Source: Pseudomonadota bacterium (GTDB lineage Bacteria; Pseudomonadota; Gammaproteobacteria; Burkholderiales; Burkholderiaceae_C). From it: a stretch of 64,000 nt of DNA. The stretch covers positions 2,716 to 66,715 of the forward strand of contig JAJZDV010000001.1 of the NCBI GenBank assembly GCA_021846025.1. Reading direction: 5' to 3'. Shown here piece after piece: positions 10,316 through 22,877 of the stretch (positions are counted from its first letter, which is position 1; the number at the start of each line of letters is the position of its first letter). Below the pieces are notes generated by a model. The model did not search any database and was not told the DNA's origin. It was given only the letters and a program-made list of their open reading frames with translations. Position numbers and translations under genes: made by a program.

Positions 10316-10804
10316 ATGGAAAGCAAGAAAATCGACGTCTGGGTGGGGCTCTTCGTGCTGATCGGTGCCGCGGCCCTGCTGTTTCTGGCACTCAAGGCCG
10401 GCAATCTGCTGAGCCTGAATTTCGGCCAGACCTACGACGTCACCGCCCAGTTCGACAATATTGGCGGTCTCAAGTCCGGGGCTCCTGTGAAAAGTGCTGG
10501 CGTGGTGGTCGGCCGGGTCGCCGGGATCCAGTTCGACAACCAGACTTTTCAAGCCAGGGTCACGCTGGCGCTGGATCAGCGCTATCAATTCCCCACCGAC
10601 ACCTCGGCCAAAATTCTCACCTCGGGCCTGCTCGGCGACCAATACCTCAGCCTCGACCCCGGCGCTTCCCAGAAGAATCTTCAAAATGGCGGTGTGATTC
10701 AGAACACGCAATCCGCCGTGGTTCTGGAGAATCTGATTGGTCAGTTCCTCTACAACAAGGCCGCCTCCAGCAACAGCGGCACGAGCAACGCGGCCGCGAA
10801 ATAA
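10316..10804 (+). CDS. mlaD: MCE-domain protein MlaD
   Basis: FDNIGGLK..APVKSAGVVVGRV, ILTSGLLGDQY, TQSAVVLENLIGQFL. Confidence 0.95.
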   Translation: MESKKIDVWVGLFVLIGAAALLFLALKAGNLLSLNFGQTYDVTAQFDNIGGLKSGAPVKSAGVVVGRVAGIQFDNQTFQARVTLALDQRYQFPTDTSAKILTSGLLGDQYLSLDPGASQKNLQNGGVIQNTQSAVVLENLIGQFLYNKAASSNSGTSNAAAK

Positions 10805-10808
10805 ACCC

Positions 10809-11756
10809 ATGGAACGCAAAGTGACCTCAGTCTTGTCTGTCCAGACGGCCCAAGCCTCACCAGGGCGGCTGTTTCAGTGCACCGCCATCGGGCTCGCACT
10901 CGCCACGGGCCTCTTGGCGGGGTGTGCCACCAACAACCCGCAAGACCCGCTGCAACCGTACAACCGAGCGATGTTCAAGATCAACCAGAACGTCGACAAG
11001 GCCGTGCTCAAGCCGGTGGCCAAGGGCTACAAGGACGTTGTGCCAATCCCCGTGCGCAAGGGAGTGACCAATTTCTTCGGCAATCTCGGCGATGTCTGGT
11101 CCATGGCCAACGACTTTGCCCAGGGTCACGTCGTCGAAGGATTGAACGGGTTCATGCGCGTGGGCGTCAACACCGTGTTCGGCGTGTTCGGCGTTCTCGA
11201 CATCTCCTCGGAGATGGGCTTGTACAAGCAGCCCAATGACTTTGGCCTCACACTGGCTCGGTACGGCATCGACTCGGGCCCGTATTTCGTCCTGCCTTTG
11301 CTCGGCCCCAGCACCATCCGCGACGCTGCCGGTACGGGAGTGGCCATTTACTACGCGCCCTTCAACTACACCACCAACAACGTGGCTGTGCGCAACTCGG
11401 CAACCGTGCTGCAACTCGTCAATACCCGTGCCAACTTGTTGAGCACCACGGCTTTGCTCGAACAAATCGCGCTCGACCCCTATGTTTTCACCCGCGATGC
11501 GTTCCTGCAGCAGCGCAAGTCGCAAGTCAAGGCCGTGCGCAGCGAAGGCATGCTGTCTCCCGGACCCCTGGACTCGGGTGGCGAGTATTCCGATGCCGAA
11601 GCTGTCGGCCAAGCCAGCAACGCCGGGGACAGCGGGACTCAGGCCGAGTCGATCCCAACGGCTGCGATCAGTTCCGCCACGCCCTCTCAGGAGGCGCCAG
11701 CGACGCCCTCGGTTTCGCCCATGGCGAGCCCGGCTGCTTCGGTCGCACGCCCCTGA
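10809..11756 (+). CDS. mlaA: VacJ/MlaA lipoprotein
   Basis: Lipobox LAGC, DPLQPYNRAMF, GPYFVLPLLGPSTIRD, DPYVFTRDAFLQ; low-complexity C-terminal tail. Confidence 0.92.
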   Translation: MERKVTSVLSVQTAQASPGRLFQCTAIGLALATGLLAGCATNNPQDPLQPYNRAMFKINQNVDKAVLKPVAKGYKDVVPIPVRKGVTNFFGNLGDVWSMANDFAQGHVVEGLNGFMRVGVNTVFGVFGVLDISSEMGLYKQPNDFGLTLARYGIDSGPYFVLPLLGPSTIRDAAGTGVAIYYAPFNYTTNNVAVRNSATVLQLVNTRANLLSTTALLEQIALDPYVFTRDAFLQQRKSQVKAVRSEGMLSPGPLDSGGEYSDAEAVGQASNAGDSGTQAESIPTAAISSATPSQEAPATPSVSPMASPAASVARP

Positions 11757-11817
11757 CCCTGTCATCTGTCGCGTCCCTTGCCCGTTAAGGCAGGAGCCGA
11801 ACATTTTGGAGAACTCC

Positions 11818-12459
11818 ATGTTTCGAACCTTCAAGAGCGCATTCCTGCTACCCCTCATGGCCCTGGGCTTGTTGGCCGCCGCGCCGGCCGCGCGAGCCGA
11901 GACGCCAGCGCCGGTGCAAGTCATCCAGAACTTGACGGATTCCGTCATGGAAGCGGTCAACAACGACCCGGCGCTGAAGTCTGGCGACCCCCGCAAGGTC
12001 ATGCAGCTGGTTGAGACCAAGGTCCTGCCTTACGTCGATTTCCAGCACATGACGGCATCGGCCGTCGGCCGTTACTGGCGCCAGGCCACCCCCGCGCAAC
12101 AAAAGGACCTGGAGCAGCAGTTCAAACTCCTGCTCATCCACACGTACTCGGGCGCGGTGAGCCAGATCAAGAATCAAAAAGTGGAGTACCTGCCTTTTCG
12201 CGCTGCGCCGAATGCGAGCAACGCCGTGGTTCGCACCCGCGTGCTCAACAACGGCGAACCCATCCAGCTTGACTACCGTCTGGTGAAAATGGACAACGCC
12301 TGGAAGATTTCCGACGTCAATGTCATGGGCATCTGGCTGGTGGACAACTACCGTGGCGTGTTCGCTCAGGAAATCGGCCAGAAAGGCATTGAAGGCCTGA
12401 TTCAGACCCTCACCACGCGCAACAAGGAACTGGCCCAGGCCGGTGGCGCCAAGGGTTGA
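11818..12459 (+). CDS. mlaC: Periplasmic phospholipid shuttle MlaC
   Basis: Signal peptide; VLPYVDF..MT..AVGRYWRQAT, WKISDVNVMGIWLVDNYR. Confidence 0.92.
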   Translation: MFRTFKSAFLLPLMALGLLAAAPAARAETPAPVQVIQNLTDSVMEAVNNDPALKSGDPRKVMQLVETKVLPYVDFQHMTASAVGRYWRQATPAQQKDLEQQFKLLLIHTYSGAVSQIKNQKVEYLPFRAAPNASNAVVRTRVLNNGEPIQLDYRLVKMDNAWKISDVNVMGIWLVDNYRGVFAQEIGQKGIEGLIQTLTTRNKELAQAGGAKG

Positions 12460-12463
12460 AGCG

Positions 12464-12769
12464 ATGACGCTTTTTGTTCTCCCTGCCAGCGTGACGGTTG
12501 CAGATGCCGGGACGGTGGTGCGGCAGGCGCTTGGCGCGCTGCGCGCCGAGCCCACAGCGCACGTGTGGGAAGTGGATGCCGTGGCGCTGCGCGACTTCGA
12601 CTCGTCCTGCCTGGCCTTGCTGCTGGAACTGCGCAGGCAGGCGGGCGAGCGTGCGCTGCGTGTGCGATCGGCGCCGCCGCGTCTGGCGCATCTGGCCACG
12701 GCCTACGGGCTGGATTTCGCCCTCGGCGAGATCGTCGCCGTTCCGTCCGAGCCAGAGCGGCATTCCTGA
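12464..12769 (+). CDS. mlaB: STAS-domain protein MlaB
   Basis: FDSSCLALLL STAS motif; position after mlaC. Confidence 0.8.
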   Translation: MTLFVLPASVTVADAGTVVRQALGALRAEPTAHVWEVDAVALRDFDSSCLALLLELRRQAGERALRVRSAPPRLAHLATAYGLDFALGEIVAVPSEPERHS

Positions 12770-12810
12770 GCCTTTGTGGCCGGTGGTCTTGCACCCCGGT
12801 CAACCTCTGC

Positions 12811-13755
12811 ATGAGCGTTTCCAACACACACCCCGCAGTCCGATTCGAGGCCATCGTCAAACGCTACGGCGATCGTGCCGTGGTTGACGGTGTCGACCTC
12901 GATATTGCGCAGGGAGAATTTTTCGCGCTACTCGGTGCCAATGGTGCCGGCAAAACCACACTCATCAGCATGCTGGCCGGGCTGACGCGCGCCAGCGGCG
13001 GCCGCGTTCGGGTGCTTGGACGCGACGTCGCCACCGACCCCATCGCCACCCGCCGTCTGCTCGGCGTCGTGCCGCAGGAGCTGGTGTTCGACCCCTTCTT
13101 CACCGTGCGCGAAACCTTGCGTCTGCAGTCCGGTTACTTCGGCCTGGGCAAGAACGACGCCTGGATCGACGCATTGCTGCACCACCTCGGCCTCGCATCC
13201 CAGGCCGAACAAAACACCCGCACCCTGTCCGGCGGCATGAAGCGCCGCGTCATGGTGGCACAGGCGCTGGTGCACAAGCCGCCGGTCATCGTTCTGGACG
13301 AACCGACCGCGGGGGTGGACGTCGAATTGCGGCAAAGCCTGTGGGCGTTCATCACCAGCCTGAACCACCAGGGCCATACTGTGCTGCTGACCACCCACTA
13401 TCTGGAGGAGGCGCAGGCCCTGTGCAGCCGCATCGGCATGCTCAAGCTCGGCCGTCTCGTGGCGCTGGACTCCACCCATGCCTTGCTGTCGCGCTTTGCC
13501 TCGACGCAAATGCTGTTTCGCGTTGCCACCGGGGTCTTGCCGGCGGAGCTTGCCGCACGCTGCAAGCCGGAAGGGCACCGCATCGTCTGCGTGGTGCGCG
13601 ATGCGGCCGAGGTCGAGCACATCCTGGCCACGCTGCGCGCTGCAGGCTGTGTGGTGGAGGAACTGGAAGTGCGCCGTGCCGATCTCGAAGACGCCTTCAT
13701 GCAGGTCATGAGCGGCAGCCAGCATGCGGCTGATGACGTCAGGCTCGTTGCATGA
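12811..13755 (+). CDS. ABC-2 type transporter ATP-binding protein (YadG-like)
   Basis: GANGAGKT, LSGGMKRRVMVAQAL, LDEPTAGVD, TTHYLEEA. Confidence 0.9.
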   Translation: MSVSNTHPAVRFEAIVKRYGDRAVVDGVDLDIAQGEFFALLGANGAGKTTLISMLAGLTRASGGRVRVLGRDVATDPIATRRLLGVVPQELVFDPFFTVRETLRLQSGYFGLGKNDAWIDALLHHLGLASQAEQNTRTLSGGMKRRVMVAQALVHKPPVIVLDEPTAGVDVELRQSLWAFITSLNHQGHTVLLTTHYLEEAQALCSRIGMLKLGRLVALDSTHALLSRFASTQMLFRVATGVLPAELAARCKPEGHRIVCVVRDAAEVEHILATLRAAGCVVEELEVRRADLEDAFMQVMSGSQHAADDVRLVA

Positions 13756-14507
13756 CCGGCCTGTCCACCCTGTTTCGCAAGGAGTTGCTGCGCTTCTGGA
13801 AAGTCAGCCTGCAGACCGTGGCCGCACCTGTGCTCAGCAGCCTGCTTTACCTGTTGATCTTCTCGCACGCCATGACGTCACACATCAAGGTTTTCGGCAG
13901 CGTGCCCTACACCGCATTTCTCATCCCGGGCCTGGCGATGATGAGCGTGCTGCAAAACGCGTTTGCCAACACCTCCTCGTCGCTGATCCAGTCCAAGATC
14001 ACGGGCAATCTGGTCTTCGTGCTGCTGTCGCCACTCAAGTCCTGGGAACTGCTGGCCGCCTATGTGGGCGCGTCGGTGGTTCGTGGTTTGAGTGTCGGCC
14101 TTGGGCTGACCCTGGTGGCGCTGTGGTTCGTGCCGCTGGAATACCACGACCCTCTGTGGATCCTTGTGTTCGCCATGCTGGGTGCATCCATGCTGGCGTC
14201 GCTGGGAATCGTTGCCGGCATCTGGGCCGAAAAATTCGATCAGATGGCGGCGTTCCAGAACTTCATCATCGTTCCGGCCACGTTTTTGTCGGGTGTGTTC
14301 TATTCGGTCAAGAGTTTGCCGCCGTTCTGGATGACGGTGTCGCACTTCAACCCGTTTTTCTACCTGGTGGACGGATTCCGCTACGGTTTTTTTGGCTTCT
14401 CCGACGTCTCGCCCTGGATCTGCCTGCTCGCCGCCCTGATCGGCAATGCCGTTTGTGGCGGGCTGGCCTGGACTTGGTTGCATCGCGGCTACAAGTTGCG
14501 CAACTGA
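13752..14507 (+). CDS. ABC-2 type transporter permease (YadH-like)
   Basis: KELLRFWKV..QT, PGLAMMSVLQNAFANTSSS, NPFFYLVDGFRYGF, GYKLR. Confidence 0.9.
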   Translation: MTGLSTLFRKELLRFWKVSLQTVAAPVLSSLLYLLIFSHAMTSHIKVFGSVPYTAFLIPGLAMMSVLQNAFANTSSSLIQSKITGNLVFVLLSPLKSWELLAAYVGASVVRGLSVGLGLTLVALWFVPLEYHDPLWILVFAMLGASMLASLGIVAGIWAEKFDQMAAFQNFIIVPATFLSGVFYSVKSLPPFWMTVSHFNPFFYLVDGFRYGFFGFSDVSPWICLLAALIGNAVCGGLAWTWLHRGYKLRN

Positions 14508-14553
14508 GCATGGCCTCGATGCCCATCGTCATCTTGCGTTTTCGCCCACCATC

Positions 14554-14796
14554 ATGCCCCTGCCGACGCCCGAACATCTGCGCGATCTGATTGCTGCCGG
14601 TCTGGACTGCACCCAGTTGGAGGTGCAGGGCGATGGCCAGCACTTCTACGCCACCATCGTCAGTCCCGCTTTCATCGGGAAGTCACGCCTGGCTCGCCAT
14701 CGCCTGGTCTACGGCGCCTTGGGAGAGCGCATGCGCGAAGACATCCACGCACTGTCGATGCGCACCGTCGCCCCCGGTGAGCCCATGCCCGACTAG
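14554..14796 (+). CDS. BolA/IbaG family protein
   Basis: [27 protein letters not shown]; directly upstream of murA. Confidence 0.9.
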   Translation: MPLPTPEHLRDLIAAGLDCTQLEVQGDGQHFYATIVSPAFIGKSRLARHRLVYGALGERMREDIHALSMRTVAPGEPMPD

Positions 14797-14873
14797 AACA
14801 CCTCCAGGGCGCGCCGAAGCGGCGCCTAGAATCTGCAAGCCTTTCTCCGGTACGGCCGGATCACACATCTTCC

Positions 14874-16142
14874 ATGGACAAACTCCGCATTCAGGGCGAG
14901 CGCCCGCTGCATGGCGACGTGCAGATCAGTGGCGCGAAAAACGCGGCGCTGCCGCTGATGGCAGCCAGCCTGCTCACCGATCAGCCCGTCGTCTTGACCA
15001 ACGCTCCCGAGCTGATGGACGTGCGCACCCTCGGTCTACTGCTGGCCGGCATGGGTGTGCAGGTGACGCAGGAAGGCGCCAGGATCCGCCTGCAGGCCGA
15101 CTCCATCAGCGCCTGCGTCGCACCTTATGAGCGGGTGAAAACCATGCGCGCCAGTGTGCTGGTGCTGGGGCCGCTGGTGGCGCGCTTCGGCCAAGCCCGC
15201 GTCAGCCTGCCAGGCGGCTGCGCCATCGGTGCGCGGCCGGTCGATCAGCACATCAAGGGCCTGCAGCAGCTCGGTGCCGAGGTGCATGTGGAGCATGGCG
15301 ACATTGTCGCCAGCGTGCCGCGCGGGCGCCTGAAGGGCGCACGCATCAGCACCGACATGATCACCGTCACCGGCACCGAGAACCTGATGATGGCCGCCTG
15401 CCTCGCGGAGGGCGAGTCGGTCATCGAGAACGCTGCGCAGGAGCCCGAGGTGGCCGATCTGGCGACGATGCTGCTGAAGATGGGCGCGCGCATCGACGGC
15501 GCCGGAACCTCGCGCATTCGTATCCAGGGCGTGGAGCGCCTGCACGGGGCCGAGCACGCCATCGTGCCCGACCGCATCGAGGCCGGCACGTTCCTGTGCG
15601 CGGCGGTGGCCACGCGCGGCGATGTCACCTTGCGCGGCTGTGTGCCCGAACATCTGGACAGCTTGCTGGACAAATTGCGCGAGGCGGGCGCCATGCTCAC
15701 CAGTGGCGCGGACTGGATTCGCGTGCAGGCCGACGCGATGCCCTGCGGCCGACCCCGCGCGGTGTCGGTGCGCACCTCCGAGTACCCCGGCTTCGCCACC
15801 GACATGCAGGCCCAGTTCATGGCTGTGAACTGCCTGGCGCAAGGCGCTGCGCATCTGACGGAAACCATTTTCGAAAACCGTTTCATGCATGTGCAGGAGC
15901 TGGTGCGCCTGGGGGCGACGATCGCGATCGAGGGCAATACGTGCGTGGTGCAAGGCGTGGAGCGCTTGTCCGGAGCCACCGTCATGGCCACCGATCTGCG
16001 CGCCTCCGCCGGGTTGGTGATTGCCGGGCTGGCGGCCGAAGGCGAAACCCTGGTGGAGCGCATCTATCACCTCGACCGCGGCTATGCCGGCATGGAGCAC
16101 AAGCTCGCGGCGCTCGGAGCCAACATCGCGCGGGTGCGCTGA
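14874..16142 (+). CDS. murA: UDP-N-acetylglucosamine 1-carboxyvinyltransferase
   Basis: [24 protein letters not shown] (catalytic Cys), ATDLRASA. Confidence 0.97.
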   Translation: MDKLRIQGERPLHGDVQISGAKNAALPLMAASLLTDQPVVLTNAPELMDVRTLGLLLAGMGVQVTQEGARIRLQADSISACVAPYERVKTMRASVLVLGPLVARFGQARVSLPGGCAIGARPVDQHIKGLQQLGAEVHVEHGDIVASVPRGRLKGARISTDMITVTGTENLMMAACLAEGESVIENAAQEPEVADLATMLLKMGARIDGAGTSRIRIQGVERLHGAEHAIVPDRIEAGTFLCAAVATRGDVTLRGCVPEHLDSLLDKLREAGAMLTSGADWIRVQADAMPCGRPRAVSVRTSEYPGFATDMQAQFMAVNCLAQGAAHLTETIFENRFMHVQELVRLGATIAIEGNTCVVQGVERLSGATVMATDLRASAGLVIAGLAAEGETLVERIYHLDRGYAGMEHKLAALGANIARVR

Positions 16143-16230
16143 GCTGGCCCCCATCGACCTCGCCGCAACCGACCTCGCCGATCACCCCGCGTCCTGCGAG
16201 TTTCCACGCATTCGGTCATCTCTCCCCAAC

Positions 16231-16899
16231 ATGCTCACACTCGCGCTATCCAAAGGCCGCATCTTCGACGACACCCTGCCGCTGCTGGCACGAGCCGGCA
16301 TCAGCGTCGTGGAAGATCCTGAAACCACGCGCAAACTCATTCTGCAGTCCAACCGGCCGGACCTGCGTGTGGTGCTGGTGCGTGCCAGCGATGTGCCCAC
16401 CTATGTGCGCTACGGCGGCGCGGATTTCGGCGTAGCTGGCCTCGACGTGCTTCTCGAGGCCGACGCCACGCTCGGTGGAGACGGGCTGTACCGCCCGGTG
16501 GATCTCGGCATTGCCCGCTGCCGTCTGAGCGTGGCCACGCCGCAGGGCTTTGACTACGCCCACGCCGTGCGTCAGGGCGCGCGCCTGCGCGTAGCCACCA
16601 AGTACGTGCATCTGGCGCGTGAGCATTTCGCGGCCAAGGGGGTGCATGTCGATCTCGTCAAGCTTTACGGTTCGATGGAACTCGCGCCCCTCATCGGCCT
16701 GGCGGACGCCATCGTCGACCTCGTCTCCAGCGGCGGTACGCTCAAGGCCAACGGCCTGATCGAGGTGGAGTCCATCATGGACATCTCCGCACGGCTCATC
16801 GTCAACCAGGCCGCGTTCAAGACCAAGACCGCTGCACTCAAACCGCTGGTCGACGGCCTACGCACCGCCGCAGCATCCAACGCACCCATGTCCGCATGA
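16231..16899 (+). CDS. hisG: ATP phosphoribosyltransferase, short form (requires HisZ, not in window)
   Basis: [41 protein letters not shown]. Confidence 0.95.
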   Translation: MLTLALSKGRIFDDTLPLLARAGISVVEDPETTRKLILQSNRPDLRVVLVRASDVPTYVRYGGADFGVAGLDVLLEADATLGGDGLYRPVDLGIARCRLSVATPQGFDYAHAVRQGARLRVATKYVHLAREHFAAKGVHVDLVKLYGSMELAPLIGLADAIVDLVSSGGTLKANGLIEVESIMDISARLIVNQAAFKTKTAALKPLVDGLRTAAASNAPMSA

Positions 16900-18236
16900 A
16901 CGCCTCTGCCGCCGACTTGCTGCTGCGCCGCCTCGACACCGCAAGCCCTGACTTCGAGGCACAGTACGCCCAGCTCTTCGCCCGCATGGCCGAGGAGAAT
17001 GCCGCGATCGACGCCCGCGCAGCCGATATCCTGGCCGATGTGCGCGTGCGCGGCGATGCCGCCGTGCTGGACTACACCCGCCGCTTCGATCATCTCGACG
17101 CACCGAACATGGCCGCACTCGAAATCACCCAGGCCGAGTTGCGAGCCGCGCTGGTGCAGATTCCCGCCGAGCAGCGCCACGCCCTGGAGCAGGCCGCCGA
17201 GCGCGTGCGCGACTACCACCAGCGCCAGATGTTGCAGGTTGGGCAGAGCTGGGAGTACGTCGACGCCGATGGAACCCTGCTGGGGCAGAAGGTCACTCCA
17301 CTGGACCGCGTCGGCATCTACGTTCCGGGCGGCAAGGCGGCCTATCCGTCCTCGGTGCTGATGAACGCCGTTCCGGCGCATGTGGCCGGCGTGGCCGAGA
17401 TCATCATGGTCGTCCCCACGCCCGGTGGCGAGCGCAATCCGCTGGTCCTGGCCGCAGCGGCCGTGGCCGGAGTCAGCCGCGCCTTCGCGATGGGTGGCGC
17501 CCAGGCCGTGGGTGCCTTGGCCTACGGCACCACCACCGTGCCCAAGGTCGACAAGATCACCGGCCCGGGTAACGCCTACGTGGCCGCCGCCAAGCGTCGC
17601 GTGTTCGGCATTTGCGGCATCGACATGATTGCCGGGCCATCGGAAATTCTGGTCATCGCCGACGGCACCACGCCGCCGGAATGGGTGGCGATGGACTTGT
17701 TCTCCCAGGCCGAACACGACGAACTCGCGCAGAGCATTCTGCTGTGCCCGGACGCTGCTTACCTCGACGCCGTGGCCGCAGAAATCCGCCGCCTGCTGCC
17801 GGGCATGAGCCGAAGGACCATCATCGCCGCGTCGCTCTCGGGTCGTGGCGCCCTCATCCAGGTCCGCAATCTGGATGAGGCCTGCGAACTGGCCGACCGC
17901 ATCGCGCCCGAGCACCTGGAGGTCTCGGCCGCGCAGCCGCGTCCCATCGCCGACCGACTGCGTCATGCCGGTGCGATCTTCCTCGGCGCCTACACCTCCG
18001 AGTCGCTCGGCGACTATTGCGCCGGCCCCAACCATGTGCTGCCCACCTCCGGCACCGCACGTTTCTCTTCGCCCCTTGGGGTGTACGACTTCATCAAGCG
18101 CACCAGCTTGATCGAAGTCAGCCACGCCGGCGCGCAGCGCCTGGGCCGCATTGCATCGGTGCTTGCGCACGGCGAGCGTCTGCAGGCGCATGCACGGGCG
18201 GCCGAAATGCGCCTGGATCACGAACTCAAGGCCTAG
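16896..18236 (+). CDS. hisD: Histidinol dehydrogenase
   Basis: [46 protein letters not shown]. Confidence 0.97.
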   Translation: MNASAADLLLRRLDTASPDFEAQYAQLFARMAEENAAIDARAADILADVRVRGDAAVLDYTRRFDHLDAPNMAALEITQAELRAALVQIPAEQRHALEQAAERVRDYHQRQMLQVGQSWEYVDADGTLLGQKVTPLDRVGIYVPGGKAAYPSSVLMNAVPAHVAGVAEIIMVVPTPGGERNPLVLAAAAVAGVSRAFAMGGAQAVGALAYGTTTVPKVDKITGPGNAYVAAAKRRVFGICGIDMIAGPSEILVIADGTTPPEWVAMDLFSQAEHDELAQSILLCPDAAYLDAVAAEIRRLLPGMSRRTIIAASLSGRGALIQVRNLDEACELADRIAPEHLEVSAAQPRPIADRLRHAGAIFLGAYTSESLGDYCAGPNHVLPTSGTARFSSPLGVYDFIKRTSLIEVSHAGAQRLGRIASVLAHGERLQAHARAAEMRLDHELKA

Positions 18237-18239
18237 ACG

Positions 18240-18321
18240 CATGAGCCCGCAGAGTCGCTTCAAGGGCGCAGGCTCGCTCGCAGGGAAGGAGCGCAGCGCC
18301 TGGGGAGTCTGTTCATGAGCC
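18240..18321 (+). repeat. 74-bp spacer element bracketed by CATGAGCC direct repeats; contains a 25-codon mini-ORF (18241-18318)
   Basis: CATGAGCC at 18240-18247 and 18314-18321; second copy contains the hisC ATG. Confidence 0.5.
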
Positions 18322-19409
18322 AATACTGGAGCGAGGTCGTGCACGGCCTCACACCCTATGTGCCGGGAGAACAGCCGAAGATCGCCGGACTGATCAAGCT
18401 CAACACCAACGAGTGCCCCTATGGTCCCAGCTTGCGCGTGCTGCAGGCCATCCGCGAGGCGGCATCCGAGGATCTGCGCCTGTACCCCGACCCCGATGCG
18501 CGGGCGCTGAAAGATGCCATTGCCGCCCATCATGACCTGCAGGCCGAGCAGGTGTTCGTCGGCAATGGCTCGGACGAAGTGCTGGCCCATGCGTTTTTGG
18601 GGCTGCTCAAGCACGACGCGCCGCTGCTGTTCCCGGATATCAGCTACAGCTTCTATCCGGTCTATGCCCGGCTGTACGACCTGGCCACACGCCTGATGCC
18701 CTTGCGCGGCGACTTCAGCATCAGCGTCGATGACTATCTGCAGGCCGGCAGCGGTGGTCATGTCGGTGGCATCATCCTGCCCAACCCCAACGCGCCCACC
18801 GGCATGGCGCTGGCCCTGGCCGAAGTCGAGCGTCTGCTCGCGGGTTTTCCGAACGTGGCGGTGGTGATCGACGAGGCTTATGTCGATTTCGGCGCGCAGA
18901 CCACCGTCGCGCTGATCGACCGCCACCCCAACCTGCTGGTGGTGCGCACCCTGTCGAAGGCCCGCGCCCTGGCAGGTTTGCGCGTGGGCTACGCCCTGGG
19001 CCATGTCGATCTGATCGAAGCCCTGACGCGTGTCAAGGACAGCTTCAATTCCTACCCGCTGGATCGACTGGCCATTGCCGGCGGCGTCGCCGCCATGCAG
19101 GATGAAGCCTGGTTCGAGCGGACGCGCGCACTGATCACCGCGAGCCGAGACAAGCTCGTTGCCGGTTTGCAGCCCTTGGGTTTCGAGGTGCTGCCATCGG
19201 CCGCCAATTTCGTTTTTGCACGCCACAACCTGCACCCTGGCGCGGAGTTGGCCGCCAAGCTGCGCGACAAGCGCATCCTGGTGCGTCACTTTCGTCAGCC
19301 GGGGCGCATCGCGCCGTTCCTGCGGATCACCGTAGGTACCGAGACGCAATGCGAAGCCTTGCTGCTGGCGCTGGCCGACATCGTGCAGCCGGCGTCCGTG
19401 CTTCGGTAA
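18315..19409 (+). CDS. hisC: Histidinol-phosphate aminotransferase
   Basis: [40 protein letters not shown]. Confidence 0.96.
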   Translation: MSQYWSEVVHGLTPYVPGEQPKIAGLIKLNTNECPYGPSLRVLQAIREAASEDLRLYPDPDARALKDAIAAHHDLQAEQVFVGNGSDEVLAHAFLGLLKHDAPLLFPDISYSFYPVYARLYDLATRLMPLRGDFSISVDDYLQAGSGGHVGGIILPNPNAPTGMALALAEVERLLAGFPNVAVVIDEAYVDFGAQTTVALIDRHPNLLVVRTLSKARALAGLRVGYALGHVDLIEALTRVKDSFNSYPLDRLAIAGGVAAMQDEAWFERTRALITASRDKLVAGLQPLGFEVLPSAANFVFARHNLHPGAELAAKLRDKRILVRHFRQPGRIAPFLRITVGTETQCEALLLALADIVQPASVLR

Positions 19410-19473
19410 CATCGCGTCATACCGCTTGATTCGCGGCCGATCATGGCCCAACCCGTTTTTCCAGCTTCCACGC

Positions 19474-20061
19474 ATGCGTACCGCTCAGGTCACCCGCCAA
19501 ACCGCTGAAACCCGCATCAGTGTCGAACTCAATCTCGACGGCAGCGGAGTGTCCAAGCTTGCCACCGGCATCGGTTTCTTCGACCACATGCTCGATCAGA
19601 TCGCGCGTCATGGCCTGGTTGATCTCACAGTGCAGGCCGAGGGCGATCTGCACATCGATGGCCACCACACGGTCGAGGACGTCGGCATCACCATCGGCCA
19701 GGCCCTGGCCATCGCCATCGGCGACAAAAAGGGTGTGCGCCGGTACGGCCATGCTTATGTGCCGCTGGACGAAGCGCTGTCGCGCGTGGTGATCGATTTT
19801 TCCGGCCGCCCGGGACTGGAATGGCACGTTCCTTTCGCTCGTGCCATGATCGGTGAGTTCGACGTCGACCTTGCCCACGAATTTTTCCAGGGCCTGGTCA
19901 ACCATGCCTTCATGTCGATCCATGTCGACAACCTGCGCGGCGACAATGCCCATCACCAGTGCGAGACGGTGTTCAAGGCTTTCGGCCGCGCGTTGCGTGC
20001 AGCCGCCGAAATCGACCCGCGCATGGGCCAGACCATCCCCTCGACCAAGGGTTCGCTGTGA
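19474..20061 (+). CDS. hisB: Imidazoleglycerol-phosphate dehydratase
   Basis: [35 protein letters not shown]. Confidence 0.97.
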   Translation: MRTAQVTRQTAETRISVELNLDGSGVSKLATGIGFFDHMLDQIARHGLVDLTVQAEGDLHIDGHHTVEDVGITIGQALAIAIGDKKGVRRYGHAYVPLDEALSRVVIDFSGRPGLEWHVPFARAMIGEFDVDLAHEFFQGLVNHAFMSIHVDNLRGDNAHHQCETVFKAFGRALRAAAEIDPRMGQTIPSTKGSL

Positions 20062-20130
20062 CCAAACCTGCGGCGCGGGCCATCCGCACCTGATTCGCCA
20101 CACCTCGCCACCGTTCCTTCCGACGTCCGC

Positions 20131-20802
20131 ATGAAAACGGTCGCCATCGTCGATTACGGCATGGGCAATCTGCGCTCCGTGTCGCAGGCCGTGCAGCATG
20201 TCGCCAAAGGACTTGCCTGGCGCGTGGTGGTCACATCCGACGCGCAGGTGGTGCGCGATGCCGACCGTGTCGTGCTGCCTGGCCAGGGCGCCATGCCAGA
20301 CTGCATGCGCGAGCTGCGCGATTCCGGCCTGCAAGCGCCGGTGCTGGAAGCCGCAGGTGAGCAGGCGCGCCGTGGCAAGCCACTTTTTGGCGTCTGCGTC
20401 GGCATGCAGATGCTGCTCGACCGCAGCGAGGAAGGCCCGACACAAGGTCTGGGGCTGCTCGCAGGCGAGGTCCGCCGCTTCCAGCTCACCGGCCAGCACC
20501 AACCCGATGGCAGCCGCTACAAAGTGCCGCACATGGGCTGGAACGCGGTGTACCCGGTCGCGCACGACGGCCGAACCCACCCCCTGTGGGCGGGCGTGGA
20601 CGATGGTGCGGCGTTCTACTTTGTGCACAGTTTTTACGCGCAGCCATCCGCGGAGTGCAGCATTGCGGGGCGCTCCGAGTATGGCGTGAGCTTTGCCAGC
20701 GCCATTGCCCGGGATACGATTTTCGCCACCCAGTTTCACCCTGAAAAAAGCGCCGCGGCAGGCCTTATGCTCTACCGCAATTTCCTCGACTGGAATCCCT
20801 GA
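20131..20802 (+). CDS. hisH: Imidazole glycerol phosphate synthase subunit HisH
   Basis: [35 protein letters not shown]. Confidence 0.97.
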   Translation: MKTVAIVDYGMGNLRSVSQAVQHVAKGLAWRVVVTSDAQVVRDADRVVLPGQGAMPDCMRELRDSGLQAPVLEAAGEQARRGKPLFGVCVGMQMLLDRSEEGPTQGLGLLAGEVRRFQLTGQHQPDGSRYKVPHMGWNAVYPVAHDGRTHPLWAGVDDGAAFYFVHSFYAQPSAECSIAGRSEYGVSFASAIARDTIFATQFHPEKSAAAGLMLYRNFLDWNP

Positions 20803-20848
20803 CCCGGCTGCCCGGCAGGATGCCCCGAACCCGTTGTCGACCCGTCCC

Positions 20849-21598
20849 ATGTTGCTGATTCCCGCGATCGATCTGAAGAACGGCCAGTGCGTTCGCCTGG
20901 AGCAAGGCGCCATGCAGGCCGCCACCGTGTTTTCCAACGAGCCGGCCGCCATGGCCCGGCATTGGGTGGAGCAGGGCGCGCAGCGCCTGCATCTGGTGGA
21001 CCTGAACGGCGCCTTCGCCGGCAGGCCCGAAAACGAGCCCGCCATCCGCTCCATCCTGCGCGAGGTCGGCGACGACATCCCGGTGCAACTCGGAGGCGGC
21101 ATTCGCGACCTCGAAACCATCGAGCGCTATCTGGACGACGGCCTGAGCTTCGTCATCATCGGCACCGCCGCGGTGAAAAACCCCGGCTTCCTGAAAGAGG
21201 CTTGCAGTGCCTTCGGCGGCCACATCATCGTCGGCCTGGACGCACGCGACGGCAAGGTCGCCACCGATGGCTGGAGCAAGCTCACCGGCCATGAGGTGGT
21301 CGATCTGGCGCGCAAGTTCGAGGACTACGGCGTCGAGGGCGTGATCTACACCGACATCGGCCGCGACGGCATGCTCACCGGTCTGAACATCGACGCCACC
21401 GTACGCCTGGCCGAGGCCCTGTCCATCCCGGTCATCGCCTCCGGAGGCCTGGCCGGCATGGCCGACATCGAGCGCCTGATTGCGGTGCAAAACAGCGGTG
21501 TCGAAGGCGTGATCTGCGGCCGCGCCATTTACACCGGTGCGCTTGACTTCAAAGCGGCGCAGCATCGCGTCACGGCCGCGGTCGCCGGTGCGACCTGA
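20849..21598 (+). CDS. hisA: ProFAR isomerase HisA
   Basis: [38 protein letters not shown]. Confidence 0.97.
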   Translation: MLLIPAIDLKNGQCVRLEQGAMQAATVFSNEPAAMARHWVEQGAQRLHLVDLNGAFAGRPENEPAIRSILREVGDDIPVQLGGGIRDLETIERYLDDGLSFVIIGTAAVKNPGFLKEACSAFGGHIIVGLDARDGKVATDGWSKLTGHEVVDLARKFEDYGVEGVIYTDIGRDGMLTGLNIDATVRLAEALSIPVIASGGLAGMADIERLIAVQNSGVEGVICGRAIYTGALDFKAAQHRVTAAVAGAT

Positions 21599-21630
21599 GC
21601 GTGGCGCAAGACCCAAGCTCCCGCACTGCC

Positions 21631-22416
<786 letters not shown>

Positions 22417-22487
22417 TGACGGCACAAGCCAACCGCGCGGTGTGCTGCACGGCGGTCCATGGCGTCCACGATGACTACACTTTCAGC

Positions 22488-22877
22488 ATGAACTGGCTCG
22501 ACGAGATTGGCTGGGATGCCAGCGGCCTGGTTCCGGCCATTGCGCAGGAAGCGGGCAGCAAGGACATTCTCATGGTGGCCTGGATGAACCGGCAGGCACT
22601 GCAGCGCACGCTGGAGGTGGGCGAGGCGGTGTATTGGTCGCGCTCGCGCAAGCGTCTGTGGCACAAGGGCGAGGTCTCGGGCCATGTGCAGAAGGTTGAA
22701 GCCATCCGGCTCGATTGCGATGGCGACGTGGTGCTGCTGACCGTACGCCAGCTCGGTCACGACCCTGGCATTGCCTGCCACACCGGACGCCATTCCTGCT
22801 TTTTTCGCGAGTTGCGCCACGGTGAATGGGTCACGCTCGATCCCGTGCTGAAAGACCCCGGGCTGATCTACCCATGA
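22488..22877 (+). CDS. hisI: Phosphoribosyl-AMP cyclohydrolase
   Basis: [29 protein letters not shown]; alternative in-frame start at 22413. Confidence 0.95.
   Translation: MNWLDEIGWDASGLVPAIAQEAGSKDILMVAWMNRQALQRTLEVGEAVYWSRSRKRLWHKGEVSGHVQKVEAIRLDCDGDVVLLTVRQLGHDPGIACHTGRHSCFFRELRHGEWVTLDPVLKDPGLIYP

Noticed and set aside
16143-16230. CGACCTCGCCG direct repeat before hisG as a his attenuator
   Set aside because: No His-rich leader peptide or terminator; only two GC-rich copies
16665-19475. Long antisense/alternate-frame ORFs (936 aa here; also 1066-2892, 39554-41284, 19441-21120, 23623-25212, 61263-62792)
   Set aside because: Shadows of well-supported genes in high-GC DNA; no motifs or RBS
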